IMG/VR virus record: IMGVR_UViG_2225789004_000002
Location: 1 to 38,853 of that record
Length of the DNA stretch: 38,853 nucleotides
Strand: one strand, 5' to 3'
Source of the DNA: a virus
Below are positions 16,848-25,372 of the stretch, piece after piece. A program made the translations under genes and the position numbers. Each line of letters begins with the position of its first letter. The first letter of the stretch is position 1. Below the pieces are notes generated by a model. The model was not told the DNA's origin and ran no database searches. It was given only the letters and a program-made list of their open reading frames with translations.

Positions 16848-18416
16848 GTGGATGGTTGGATAACAATTGGAACTGAGATAGATGATACAGGATTTGAAGC
16901 ACAGATTGAAAAATTAGAAAATGATTTATCTATGCTAGAACATCAGCTTAAAGGAATTGAAAATGACAAGCCTTTTAAAGGACAGGAAGAAGAGGTAATA
17001 AAACTAAGAGCTGAAATTGAAAGAGTTACAAATAAAATTATAAAACTGAAACAAAGGCAATCAGACCTAAACACCACAGAAGTAAGTAAATTTGAGGGTT
17101 CTATAGATAGGGTTGGAGATAAAACATCAAGACTAATACAAACTATAGGAAAATGGGCTATAGCATTGTTTGGAATAAGAACAGCTTACAGTTTCATTCA
17201 AAGGTCTGTAAATACTTTATCACGTTATAATGAGCAAATTGGTACAGATTTAGAATATATACAATTTGCTTTAGCAAGCACACTTAAACCTGTTGTAGAA
17301 GGAATGATAAGGTTAGTATATAAACTATTAGCCTATGTTAATTACCTCGCAAAGGCATGGTTTGGCGTAAACTTATTTGCAAATGCTAGTGTTGATGCAT
17401 TTAATGCAGGTAAAAAATCAACAGGAACTATGGCAAAAAATTTAAAAGAAGCACAAAAGGCTTTAGCTGGATTTGACGAAATGAATGTGCTACAGGAAAA
17501 CAAAGCATCTGCAGATACAGATGCTAATATTATGTCTCCAAGTATGGATTTAAGTACAGCAGGGCTAGAGGATATAGAAATTCCAGAATGGATGGAGAAA
17601 ATAAAAGAATTTGGATTGTGGATTAAAGACAATTGGAAAATGGTTCTTGCAGTTTTGGCAGGTACAGCAGTTGTGTTTCTTGTATTAAAGAAATTATTTA
17701 GCGGAAGCGGTGGGCTAGGAAAAGGATTTGACAGTTTCTTGTCAGGATTAGGAAAGGCGGCGCAGGCTATAGCAATACTTGGAGGAATTGCCCTAGTAAT
17801 AAATCAAATTACAAAGTTAATAGATGTATTTTCTCAAAGTGGATTATCATTACTTGATGTTGGTATTTTACTAGCAGTTGTATTGGGAGGCATTGCTTTA
17901 GCATTTGCAGCAGTTTCAGCATCGGTACAGTTAATGGATTGGAGCGAGGTTGCAGGTGCTGCTGTTATTTTGGCAGGATTTGCTTTAATAATAAATCAAG
18001 TTTCAAATTTACTTAAAGTTTTTGCAGACACAGGGTTGAGTGTGGCTGATGTTGTAGGATTAATGGCGTCAATATTTATTCCAATAATTGCATTAATGGG
18101 AGCAATTGCATTATTAGGTCCTGCAATGACGACAGGATTAGTTCCTTTTGTAGCTGTAATAGCAGGAATTTCAGCAATACTTATAGTCATGGCAGCGACA
18201 TTACCCAAAATATTAGATGCAGTTGGAAACTTTATAGTTAAAACAGCACCATCACTTGTTGTAATTTTAACGACAATAGGAAATATTTTAAATAAGTTGA
18301 TTGAAACCTTAGGAACATCATTGCCTCCAATTGTAAGCTCTGTTGGAGCATTGTTTCATAATATTTTTCAACGGAATATCAAATGTTATAAATACTGTTC
18401 GGAAACACCATTGTGA
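16848..18416 (+). CDS. tape measure protein, N-terminal 522-aa segment (frame interrupted near 18372-18403)
   Basis: Coiled-coil N-terminus, then a long hydrophobic G/A/I/L-rich region. The last ~15 aa (QRNIKCYKYCSETPL) look out of frame. Confidence 0.8.
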   Translation: MDGWITIGTEIDDTGFEAQIEKLENDLSMLEHQLKGIENDKPFKGQEEEVIKLRAEIERVTNKIIKLKQRQSDLNTTEVSKFEGSIDRVGDKTSRLIQTIGKWAIALFGIRTAYSFIQRSVNTLSRYNEQIGTDLEYIQFALASTLKPVVEGMIRLVYKLLAYVNYLAKAWFGVNLFANASVDAFNAGKKSTGTMAKNLKEAQKALAGFDEMNVLQENKASADTDANIMSPSMDLSTAGLEDIEIPEWMEKIKEFGLWIKDNWKMVLAVLAGTAVVFLVLKKLFSGSGGLGKGFDSFLSGLGKAAQAIAILGGIALVINQITKLIDVFSQSGLSLLDVGILLAVVLGGIALAFAAVSASVQLMDWSEVAGAAVILAGFALIINQVSNLLKVFADTGLSVADVVGLMASIFIPIIALMGAIALLGPAMTTGLVPFVAVIAGISAILIVMAATLPKILDAVGNFIVKTAPSLVVILTTIGNILNKLIETLGTSLPPIVSSVGALFHNIFQRNIKCYKYCSETPL

Positions 18417-18949
18417 AAATACTTAATTCTATAGGAGGGCTGACAGATAGAGTTCTATCTTCACTATTATCATTTGTTAGAAATTTAGGGCCAGCAATAG
18501 AGTCTTTTGTAAATAGTGCAATAAGAAGTGTAACAAAACTTATAAACTTTATGATTAGTGGACTTGAATTTTTGGTTAATAGTACAGTTGTTAGAGGTAT
18601 TAATGCAATAGTAAGTGCTGTGAATATTGTGCCTGGTGTTAATATTAGTAGGGCTCAACCAGTATATTTTGATAGATTTGTTCCTAGATTAAAAACTGGT
18701 GCAATAATTAATTATCCAAATCACGGTGTCCCTGTAGCAGGAGGAAGAGCAATTGGAGGAGAGGCAGGAGCAGAAGGAATAATCCCACTAACAGATGACC
18801 AAGCTATGGAACAATTAGGTGAAGCAATAGGAAGATATATAAATGTTGCTTTTACAAACAATACAATCCTTGATGGAGAATTAATAAGAAGACAAACAAA
18901 AAATGTAACAAATAGATTTAACTTGGCTACAAATGGAGGTGTTGCTTAA
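18413..18949 (+). CDS. tape measure protein, C-terminal 178-aa segment
   Basis: GTG overlaps the upstream TGA. The sequence continues the TMP-like pattern (..LGPAIESFVNSAIRSVTKLINF..). Frame is +2 relative to the upstream segment. Confidence 0.75.
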   Translation: MKILNSIGGLTDRVLSSLLSFVRNLGPAIESFVNSAIRSVTKLINFMISGLEFLVNSTVVRGINAIVSAVNIVPGVNISRAQPVYFDRFVPRLKTGAIINYPNHGVPVAGGRAIGGEAGAEGIIPLTDDQAMEQLGEAIGRYINVAFTNNTILDGELIRRQTKNVTNRFNLATNGGVA

Positions 18950-19317
18950 TGTCAGCAGGGATAATTACAATAGATGGCAAGGAAATACCTAAAATAGTGG
19001 GATATGATGTTCAATATGGAAAACTTTGGGCAGATGATACAGGTAGAAATATGTCTGGAGAAATGAAAGGGACGCTTATTGGAATTTTTCCAAAAATAAC
19101 ATTAAGTATTGGCTCTACAACTGATGTAGAGTGCAAAGCATTATCACAAATATTTAATAAAGCAAATTTATTAGTAAGTTGGTATGATGTTGAAAAGGGA
19201 TTTACTGAAAATATTTCATATTATTGTAATGATTTTGAACCTAAATTGAAGTATAAACACAAGAGAACGGAATATAAACCGTTCTCTATTAATTTAATTC
19301 CAAACAGAAGGAGGTAA
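18949..19317 (+). CDS. small distal tail component (Dit position)
   Basis: 122 aa between TMP and Tal; overlapping start (taATG). Confidence 0.45.
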   Translation: MSAGIITIDGKEIPKIVGYDVQYGKLWADDTGRNMSGEMKGTLIGIFPKITLSIGSTTDVECKALSQIFNKANLLVSWYDVEKGFTENISYYCNDFEPKLKYKHKRTEYKPFSINLIPNRRR

Positions 19318-19320
19318 ACA

Positions 19321-21606
19321 ATGATAGCAGTTTCTAATAGTTTTAAACAGAAAATGAGAACTTATGGTAGACAAATAGGTTTAGAATTAAGCACAGCAAC
19401 TGCTACATATTTTGTTACCAATGTTATAAGTGGAGAATATTCTTTCAATAATGATTTGTTTAGAAGTGTAATGAGAATGTTTTCAATAGAATTAAATGTG
19501 GGCGATGATGCCGATAGGGTTATGACAGTTGAACAGGTAGAAAACTCCAAAGTTGAGAATATAAATGAAGTTTTAGTTAAGTATCTAACTACTATAGATG
19601 TTATAAGGGGATTAAGAAGAGGCTCAACAATAAAAGTTAGATTTGCAGTAAAATTAGATACAGATGAAGATTATGAATTTGCTGATTTGGGAGAATTTAA
19701 GATATTTGAGACACCTGAAAACAAAATTGAAACATCTACAGTAAAAATTCAAATAGCAGACTTTATGATTGATACTATGATTGATTATGATTTAAGTTTA
19801 ACTTTTCCAATGACTGTTAAAGAATTCATGCAAGCAATAAGTGCGAGACTTGGATATAATTTTATTACTGAAACTTTTACAAATTCAGATAAAATAATAA
19901 GTGAAGATTATTATATAGGATTAGGATATACCTTTAGGGATGTTTTAGACGAATTAAGTCAAGTTGTTGCAGGGAATATTTGCATATTTAATAAAGATTT
20001 ATACATAAAGTATCCAACAGAAACTGAAGAAATAATTGATGAAAATGATTTAGAAAGACTTACATTAAAAGAAGATTTTGGAGCAGTCAATACTGTTGTT
20101 TTAGGTAGAACTCCGCAAGAGGACAACATATATTACCCAAGTACAATTCCAGAACAAGATAGAATTGAAGTAAGATTTGATAACAACCAAATAATGGACA
20201 AAGAAAGAGAAACCTTCATTGTTGATATCTTTAATAGAGTTAATGGACTTTCGTATAAAACATTTGAATTAACTAATTTTGGATTTATGTATTATGAATT
20301 TGGCGATATTATCACAATAAGAGATAGGGAAGGGAATTTACACAAAACAATTCTTACAAACAATGTAGAAAATATAACTTCGGGAATTAAAGGAAAAATG
20401 TATACAGATTTTCCGACTTTTTCAAGTACAAATTATCAATTTGCAACAGGCATTGAAAAACAAGTAAGAGATACTCAAATAATTGTAAATAAACAAACAG
20501 GCGAAATTCAATTATTAGTAACAATACAAGATGCACAAGGCGAAGTTATGACAAGGTTAATACTTGACATGAATGGTTTGGCAAGTGAAGTTGTTAAAAA
20601 GGTTGGAGAAGATGAATTAGGAACTAAAATAACCCAAAATTATCAATCTGTTCAAATTGCTTGGAATAGAATATCAGAATTTATTCAATTTATAAATGCA
20701 CAACTTCAAATAAAAGATAATGATGGTAGACTATGGATGTCACTTGATAAAGTAGGTCAACATTTTTATAACACTTTTGGAGGTTTAATAGGTGACATAG
20801 GATTAAAAGATGACAACAAGATTGCATTTGCTATTAATGGAAATGTAAATGGACATGAAATGGTTTGGGGAATAACCAGAAACAATGTATTTTTTCCTGT
20901 ATTCTCTTATGGAGGATATAATACTGCTCAAGGCACAGGTTTTGGTGGGACATTTTATTTTGAAGCGCCAATAATGTTACAAGGGAATTATATGTATTTA
21001 GGAAACGATGAATATGATGCATTTATTAGAGGCAATGAAAATGGTTCTATGGTAATAGGAACAAATGGTGAGAATGTAGTATTATTTTCAGACCTTGGTG
21101 GATTTATGCAAAGTAACAGACCTTTTTATGCAGGCAATCTACAAAATGATACAGTTAATATAAATGTTTTTAATGGAAGTACTTATACAGGTTCTTCTGG
21201 AACTTATGGAATTTTAAATGTATTGCTAAAAGATGGTTCAAGTTTTGCGTTAAACAGTAGTATAACAGCATCAGATGAGAAATTAAAAAAACATGTTAGA
21301 AATTCAAAAACAAGTGCTTTAGATAAGATAAATAAAATTAAACATAGGTCTTTCAGGTGGGTCGAAAGTAATGAAGACCAAGATATTGGGTACATAGCTC
21401 AAGAAATAGAACAAATAGACCCAGTCTTCACATATACAATACCTAAGACAAATAAAGATGGTAGTGTTGAAGAAATAAAGAATATCAATACTTTAAACAT
21501 ATTAGCAACAGCAACTAAAGCTATTCAAGAACAACAAAAACAGATAGAAGAGTTGAAGAAAAAAATTGAAACTTTAGAAGAAAAGTTGTCGAAAAATGTC
21601 AAATAA
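19321..21606 (+). CDS. tail-associated protein/fibre (Tal-like) with C-terminal S74 intramolecular chaperone domain
   Basis: 761 aa. The C-terminus SDEKLKKHV......ALDKINKIKHRSFRW.....DIGYIAQEIEQIDP....plus a coiled-coil tail matches the Peptidase_S74 autoprocessing domain pattern. Confidence 0.8.
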   Translation: MIAVSNSFKQKMRTYGRQIGLELSTATATYFVTNVISGEYSFNNDLFRSVMRMFSIELNVGDDADRVMTVEQVENSKVENINEVLVKYLTTIDVIRGLRRGSTIKVRFAVKLDTDEDYEFADLGEFKIFETPENKIETSTVKIQIADFMIDTMIDYDLSLTFPMTVKEFMQAISARLGYNFITETFTNSDKIISEDYYIGLGYTFRDVLDELSQVVAGNICIFNKDLYIKYPTETEEIIDENDLERLTLKEDFGAVNTVVLGRTPQEDNIYYPSTIPEQDRIEVRFDNNQIMDKERETFIVDIFNRVNGLSYKTFELTNFGFMYYEFGDIITIRDREGNLHKTILTNNVENITSGIKGKMYTDFPTFSSTNYQFATGIEKQVRDTQIIVNKQTGEIQLLVTIQDAQGEVMTRLILDMNGLASEVVKKVGEDELGTKITQNYQSVQIAWNRISEFIQFINAQLQIKDNDGRLWMSLDKVGQHFYNTFGGLIGDIGLKDDNKIAFAINGNVNGHEMVWGITRNNVFFPVFSYGGYNTAQGTGFGGTFYFEAPIMLQGNYMYLGNDEYDAFIRGNENGSMVIGTNGENVVLFSDLGGFMQSNRPFYAGNLQNDTVNINVFNGSTYTGSSGTYGILNVLLKDGSSFALNSSITASDEKLKKHVRNSKTSALDKINKIKHRSFRWVESNEDQDIGYIAQEIEQIDPVFTYTIPKTNKDGSVEEIKNINTLNILATATKAIQEQQKQIEELKKKIETLEEKLSKNVK

Positions 21607-21666
21607 AAGGTGTTGCAATATTAGAAAATTAGAAATATAATTCCTTTAAATAAAAGGAGGAATATT

Positions 21667-22206
21667 ATGGCTAAGAATTGTAGAAAATGTGGTGAAAATG
21701 TCAGAGATTTAACAAGATGTCCTAAGTGTGGAAAGAAAATTAGAAGCAAGAAACCTTTTGTAGTTATAACATTATTGTTAATAGTTCTTTATGGTGGTTT
21801 TGCCCTATATGAAAATAATCCACAAATTTTAAATGATATTATGAATAGCAAAAAAGTTGCAACAACTAAAAAAACATCAACATCTAGTATTTTTAAAAAT
21901 AATAAAGATTATTTAACTAAAACAATAACAGAAGAGAACTACGAACAAATTATGAATGAGTTAAATGGTGAATTAAGAAACAATGAAGACATTTACTATT
22001 GTTCTTATTCTACAATGTATTATATTATAAAAGATGGAATGGCTTCTGCTTTTACAAATGATGAAACACTAAATAAAGACATGTATAAAAATATTTATGG
22101 AAAAACAGTAAAACAATTAATTGAAGAAGGAAAACAATTAATGAAAAGTGAAAATATAACATTAGAAGATTTTAAGAAACAGCTACAAGATGCAAGTAGT
22201 CAATAA
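21667..22206 (+). CDS. zinc-ribbon membrane-anchored protein (moron-like)
   Basis: CRKCGE...CPKCGKK zinc ribbon, then the FVVITLLLIVLYGGFALY TM helix, then a ~120-aa domain. It has its own RBS and terminator. Confidence 0.6.
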   Translation: MAKNCRKCGENVRDLTRCPKCGKKIRSKKPFVVITLLLIVLYGGFALYENNPQILNDIMNSKKVATTKKTSTSSIFKNNKDYLTKTITEENYEQIMNELNGELRNNEDIYYCSYSTMYYIIKDGMASAFTNDETLNKDMYKNIYGKTVKQLIEEGKQLMKSENITLEDFKKQLQDASSQ

Positions 22207-22221
22207 AAATATAGATAGTTT

Positions 22222-22249
22222 AAAGACAAGTAATATCTTGTCTTTTTTT
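22222..22249 (+). terminator. rho-independent terminator
   Basis: 9-bp stem aaagacaag/cttgtcttt, 6-nt loop, T-run. Confidence 0.7.
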
Positions 22250-22273
22250 GTGCGAAAAAGGAGGAGTACTAAC

Positions 22274-23272
22274 ATGAGTATACTTACACCAATATTGAAC
22301 TTATTCAAGTGGGATACAGACAATCCAACAGACTTAGAAAGTCAATTTGATTTAGGAAAAGCAATTAATGATAACTGGGATAAAATAGATACTGCTGTAG
22401 GATTGACTAATACAGCAATAGAAGAAGTAGATACAAGGGTAGCAGATATAAATACAGAACTAGAAACTAAATTACAGAAATATGAAAAGCTAGGTGAAAT
22501 GTATGTATCGCGAAATATGGGAGCAGGAGTTGTAGGAAATTCTGAAACACATCCTTCAGGAGCATTTTGTCAAATAGATACAAATATGGTTCTTGACTGG
22601 AATACATCTACTTTTTATAGAGTAAAACTATCAGGATATTTATATGGAGAAAGAACCCCAGTTGACTGTGAAATTGTAGGATACTGGCTTGTATCAAACC
22701 ATACTTTTTATAATGCAGGAAGGACAGGTTTGGATTTTCTTGATATAAAAGTTGGAAGGGATGAAACAACAGGAACTTTAGTTATATTAATCTACCCAAG
22801 AAAAACAAGTTACCCATATCATTGGTTTTTAAATATAGATGAGATTTGTAATAATAAATTTCAACAAGAAGTAGAAAGTACATTTTTGGAAACTAATAGC
22901 ACAACTGGTGTTGGAATTATAACGACTGTACCTACTGCTGTAAACAATATAATTACAGGACAAGAAATAGTTCTTCCTAAAACTTATAATGGAAAACAAG
23001 TTTATTCCAAAGAAATTAATTGTGGTGCTATGCCAAATAACACAACGAAACAGGTTTCTACAGGATTAACCAATGTCACTTACTTAGAGTTGTCAGGAAG
23101 AATAGTTAGTACTGGAGGAGTATTTTTCCCAATGAACAATTCTAGACCTTATGATGGAACAGATGCTGGGGCAGTAGGGGTATATTTAAGCTTAAACGAT
23201 ATAATTATTGAAAGTAAGGCTAATAGGTCTACATATACAGGCTATGCCACTGTAGAATATATTAAAAACTAA
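22274..23272 (+). CDS. tail fibre / receptor-binding protein
   Basis: ATG at 22274 after AAAAAGGAGGAG. The N-terminus MSILTPILNLFKWDTDNPTDL....GKAINDNWDKIDTAV is the conserved fibre N-terminal motif of low-GC phages. Confidence 0.65.
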   Translation: MSILTPILNLFKWDTDNPTDLESQFDLGKAINDNWDKIDTAVGLTNTAIEEVDTRVADINTELETKLQKYEKLGEMYVSRNMGAGVVGNSETHPSGAFCQIDTNMVLDWNTSTFYRVKLSGYLYGERTPVDCEIVGYWLVSNHTFYNAGRTGLDFLDIKVGRDETTGTLVILIYPRKTSYPYHWFLNIDEICNNKFQQEVESTFLETNSTTGVGIITTVPTAVNNIITGQEIVLPKTYNGKQVYSKEINCGAMPNNTTKQVSTGLTNVTYLELSGRIVSTGGVFFPMNNSRPYDGTDAGAVGVYLSLNDIIIESKANRSTYTGYATVEYIKN

Positions 23273-23284
23273 AGGAGAAAGATT

Positions 23285-23623
23285 ATGGACAAAATAAATG
23301 TTTTAGAAATAGTAAAAGAGTTTGGATTTAGCTTTGTAATATTATTAATCATTGTTTTTCTATGCATAAAATATATCCCAAAGTGGTTTGATATTCTATT
23401 AGATAAAGCAAATAAAAGAGATGACAGAGAAGAACTGTTAAAAGAAGTAATAAGACAAAATACAGCAGTTGTGGAAAATAACAATATTATTGTAAAAGAA
23501 TTTATGACGAGTAAAGATAAGCTTGAAACAAAGGTAGATACTCTTATTTGTGGAACAGAAAGACACGATAGAAGAGCGGAGCATATGGCTCAAGATTTAA
23601 AAGTTCTAGTGGAAAGGAAGTGA
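23285..23623 (+). CDS. BhlA/UviB-like holin-associated membrane protein
   Basis: N-terminal TM (FGFSFVILLIIVFLCIKYI) followed by a charged coiled coil (..RDDREELLKEV..), upstream of the holin. Confidence 0.45.
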   Translation: MDKINVLEIVKEFGFSFVILLIIVFLCIKYIPKWFDILLDKANKRDDREELLKEVIRQNTAVVENNNIIVKEFMTSKDKLETKVDTLICGTERHDRRAEHMAQDLKVLVERK

Positions 23624-23627
23624 TTTT

Positions 23628-23888
23628 ATGGAAATAACAGTAGAAATGATATTGATGGTTTCAACAGCTATTGTAACAGCAATAATGGGGTTTTTAGCCA
23701 AGAAATTTAATTGGGATACAAAAGATTACATACCGTTTCAAAATTTAACTATAGGGCTATTTATGGGAATACTAATGTGTTTAACAGGAACAGTAGAAAA
23801 TCTATTAAATGCAATTTTAATTGGAATATTTAGTGCGCTAACAGCAGGAGGCGCTTATGATTTGTTAAAGATGAACAAGGAGGAATAG
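23628..23888 (+). CDS. holin
   Basis: 86 aa, hydrophobic helices, charged C-terminus KMNKEE, directly upstream of the endolysin. Confidence 0.75.
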   Translation: MEITVEMILMVSTAIVTAIMGFLAKKFNWDTKDYIPFQNLTIGLFMGILMCLTGTVENLLNAILIGIFSALTAGGAYDLLKMNKEE

Positions 23889-23891
23889 AGT

Positions 23892-24494
23892 GTGAATATT
23901 TTAGATGTAGGTTTAAGTTTTTCAAATTTAAGCAAAAGGGCAAATACAAATAGGATAATGTTGCATCATAGTGGGGTAACAGTATTACAGAGCGTGGAAG
24001 TAGTACACAATTATCATATAAAAACAAATGGATATTCTGGAATAGGATATCATTTTTATGTAAGGAAAGATGGTGCTATTTATAAAGGTAGACCAGAAGA
24101 CTGTGTAGGTGCTCATGCGTTGGGAGATAGGGCTAATTTTGATAGTATAGGGATATGTTTTGAAGGTAATTTTAGTGTTGAAGATATGTCAGAAGCACAA
24201 AAACAATCAGGCAAAGAACTAGTATCTTATTTAAAACAAAAGTATGGAATAAACAGAGTGCAAGGACACAGAGAAGTAAATAGTACAAGTTGTCCTGGAA
24301 CTTATTTCCCATTTGCAGAGATTGCAGAAGTTCCAGCAGGTATCACGTTAGCACCAGATGCCGATATGAACCATAATGGAGTAGAAGATATAAAAGAAGT
24401 CATTAAAAACTTACAAAGAGCAATAAACAATACTTTTGGAACAAAGATATTAGTAGATGGAGTTTATCGGAAAACAGACCCAAGGGGCTATTAA
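23892..24494 (+). CDS. endolysin, N-acetylmuramoyl-L-alanine amidase (Amidase_2/PGRP) part up to the frame break
   Basis: Motifs IMLHHSG, GIGYHFYV, AHALG..N..SIGICFEGNF, GHREV..TSCPG. The tail RKTDPRGY after VDGVY looks out of frame. Confidence 0.85.
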   Translation: MNILDVGLSFSNLSKRANTNRIMLHHSGVTVLQSVEVVHNYHIKTNGYSGIGYHFYVRKDGAIYKGRPEDCVGAHALGDRANFDSIGICFEGNFSVEDMSEAQKQSGKELVSYLKQKYGINRVQGHREVNSTSCPGTYFPFAEIAEVPAGITLAPDADMNHNGVEDIKEVIKNLQRAINNTFGTKILVDGVYRKTDPRGY

Positions 24495-24690
24495 GTTGCT
24501 AAAAAGAGGTTCTAAGAATGAGCTAGTTAGATGGTGTCAAGATAGGCTAAAGAACCATAAAGGTTATGGGATTGTTGTAGACAGTGTTTTTGGAAGTCAA
24601 ACTGAGGCAGTTGTGAGACAATTTCAAAGAGATAACAATATTGTAGTAGACGGAATTATGGGAGTTCAAACAATTTCTATATTAATTTAA
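24457..24690 (+). CDS. endolysin C-terminal peptidoglycan-binding (PG_binding_1) part in the +1 frame
   Basis: GKQTQGAIKLL...VRWCQDRL...VVDSVFGSQTEAVVRQFQRDNNIVVDGIMGVQT matches the PG_binding_1 pattern. The frame is +1 relative to the amidase part. Confidence 0.8.
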   Translation: MEFIGKQTQGAIKLLKRGSKNELVRWCQDRLKNHKGYGIVVDSVFGSQTEAVVRQFQRDNNIVVDGIMGVQTISILI

Positions 24691-24702
24691 GGGGAAAAGA
24701 TT

Positions 24703-25371
24703 ATGATATTTAGAGAGTATAATTTTAAAGTAGACTTTACAGAAAACCTGTTTTTAAGAGACAGGTCTTTTGTAATTGTTCAAGAAGACAACCTAACAAT
24801 TCGTTTTAATTTTGAATTCAGAAATTTCGACAAAGAAACAGCTTTATTAAAAATAAGGCATTCTACATTAAAAGCAACTTATGATTATGTTATGGCAGTT
24901 GTTAATAATAAAGCAGAATTGGTAATAAATAACGCACTTACGATGGTTAGTGGTGAATTAGACATGAGTATTTCATATGTTGGTGAAAACAATGAAATGA
25001 TTACCTGCTCTAACTTTATAACACAAATACCAGTAAGACCTAATCTGGGAGAAGGGCAAAATCCGCCGTCACCAGAAGAGGTTGGAACATTAGTTGAGCT
25101 AATTAGAGAAGCTACAGAGTTAATAAATAGAATTGAAAGGTCTTTAGCGAATGGAGATTTTAATGGTAAAGATGGGCGAGATGGAGTAGATGGAATTAAT
25201 GGAATAGATGGTGTCGATGGAGCAGAAGGGCCTCGAGGAGCAATAGGCCCACAAGGAGAGCCTGGGCCTACTTATGATGATAGAGAAATATGGGACAAGG
25301 TAAATGAATTATCAGATCTTGTAACTTCAGCAAACAGTAACTTAGAAACTGTTATAAACGGAGGTGCATAA
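24703..25371 (+). CDS. BppU-N-like Ig domain protein with collagen-like Gly-X-Y tract
   Basis: GKDGRDGVDGINGIDGVDGAEGPRGAIGPQGEPGP (Gly every third residue) after an N-terminal beta-rich domain. Confidence 0.65.
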   Translation: MIFREYNFKVDFTENLFLRDRSFVIVQEDNLTIRFNFEFRNFDKETALLKIRHSTLKATYDYVMAVVNNKAELVINNALTMVSGELDMSISYVGENNEMITCSNFITQIPVRPNLGEGQNPPSPEEVGTLVELIREATELINRIERSLANGDFNGKDGRDGVDGINGIDGVDGAEGPRGAIGPQGEPGPTYDDREIWDKVNELSDLVTSANSNLETVINGGA

Positions 25372-25372
25372 T

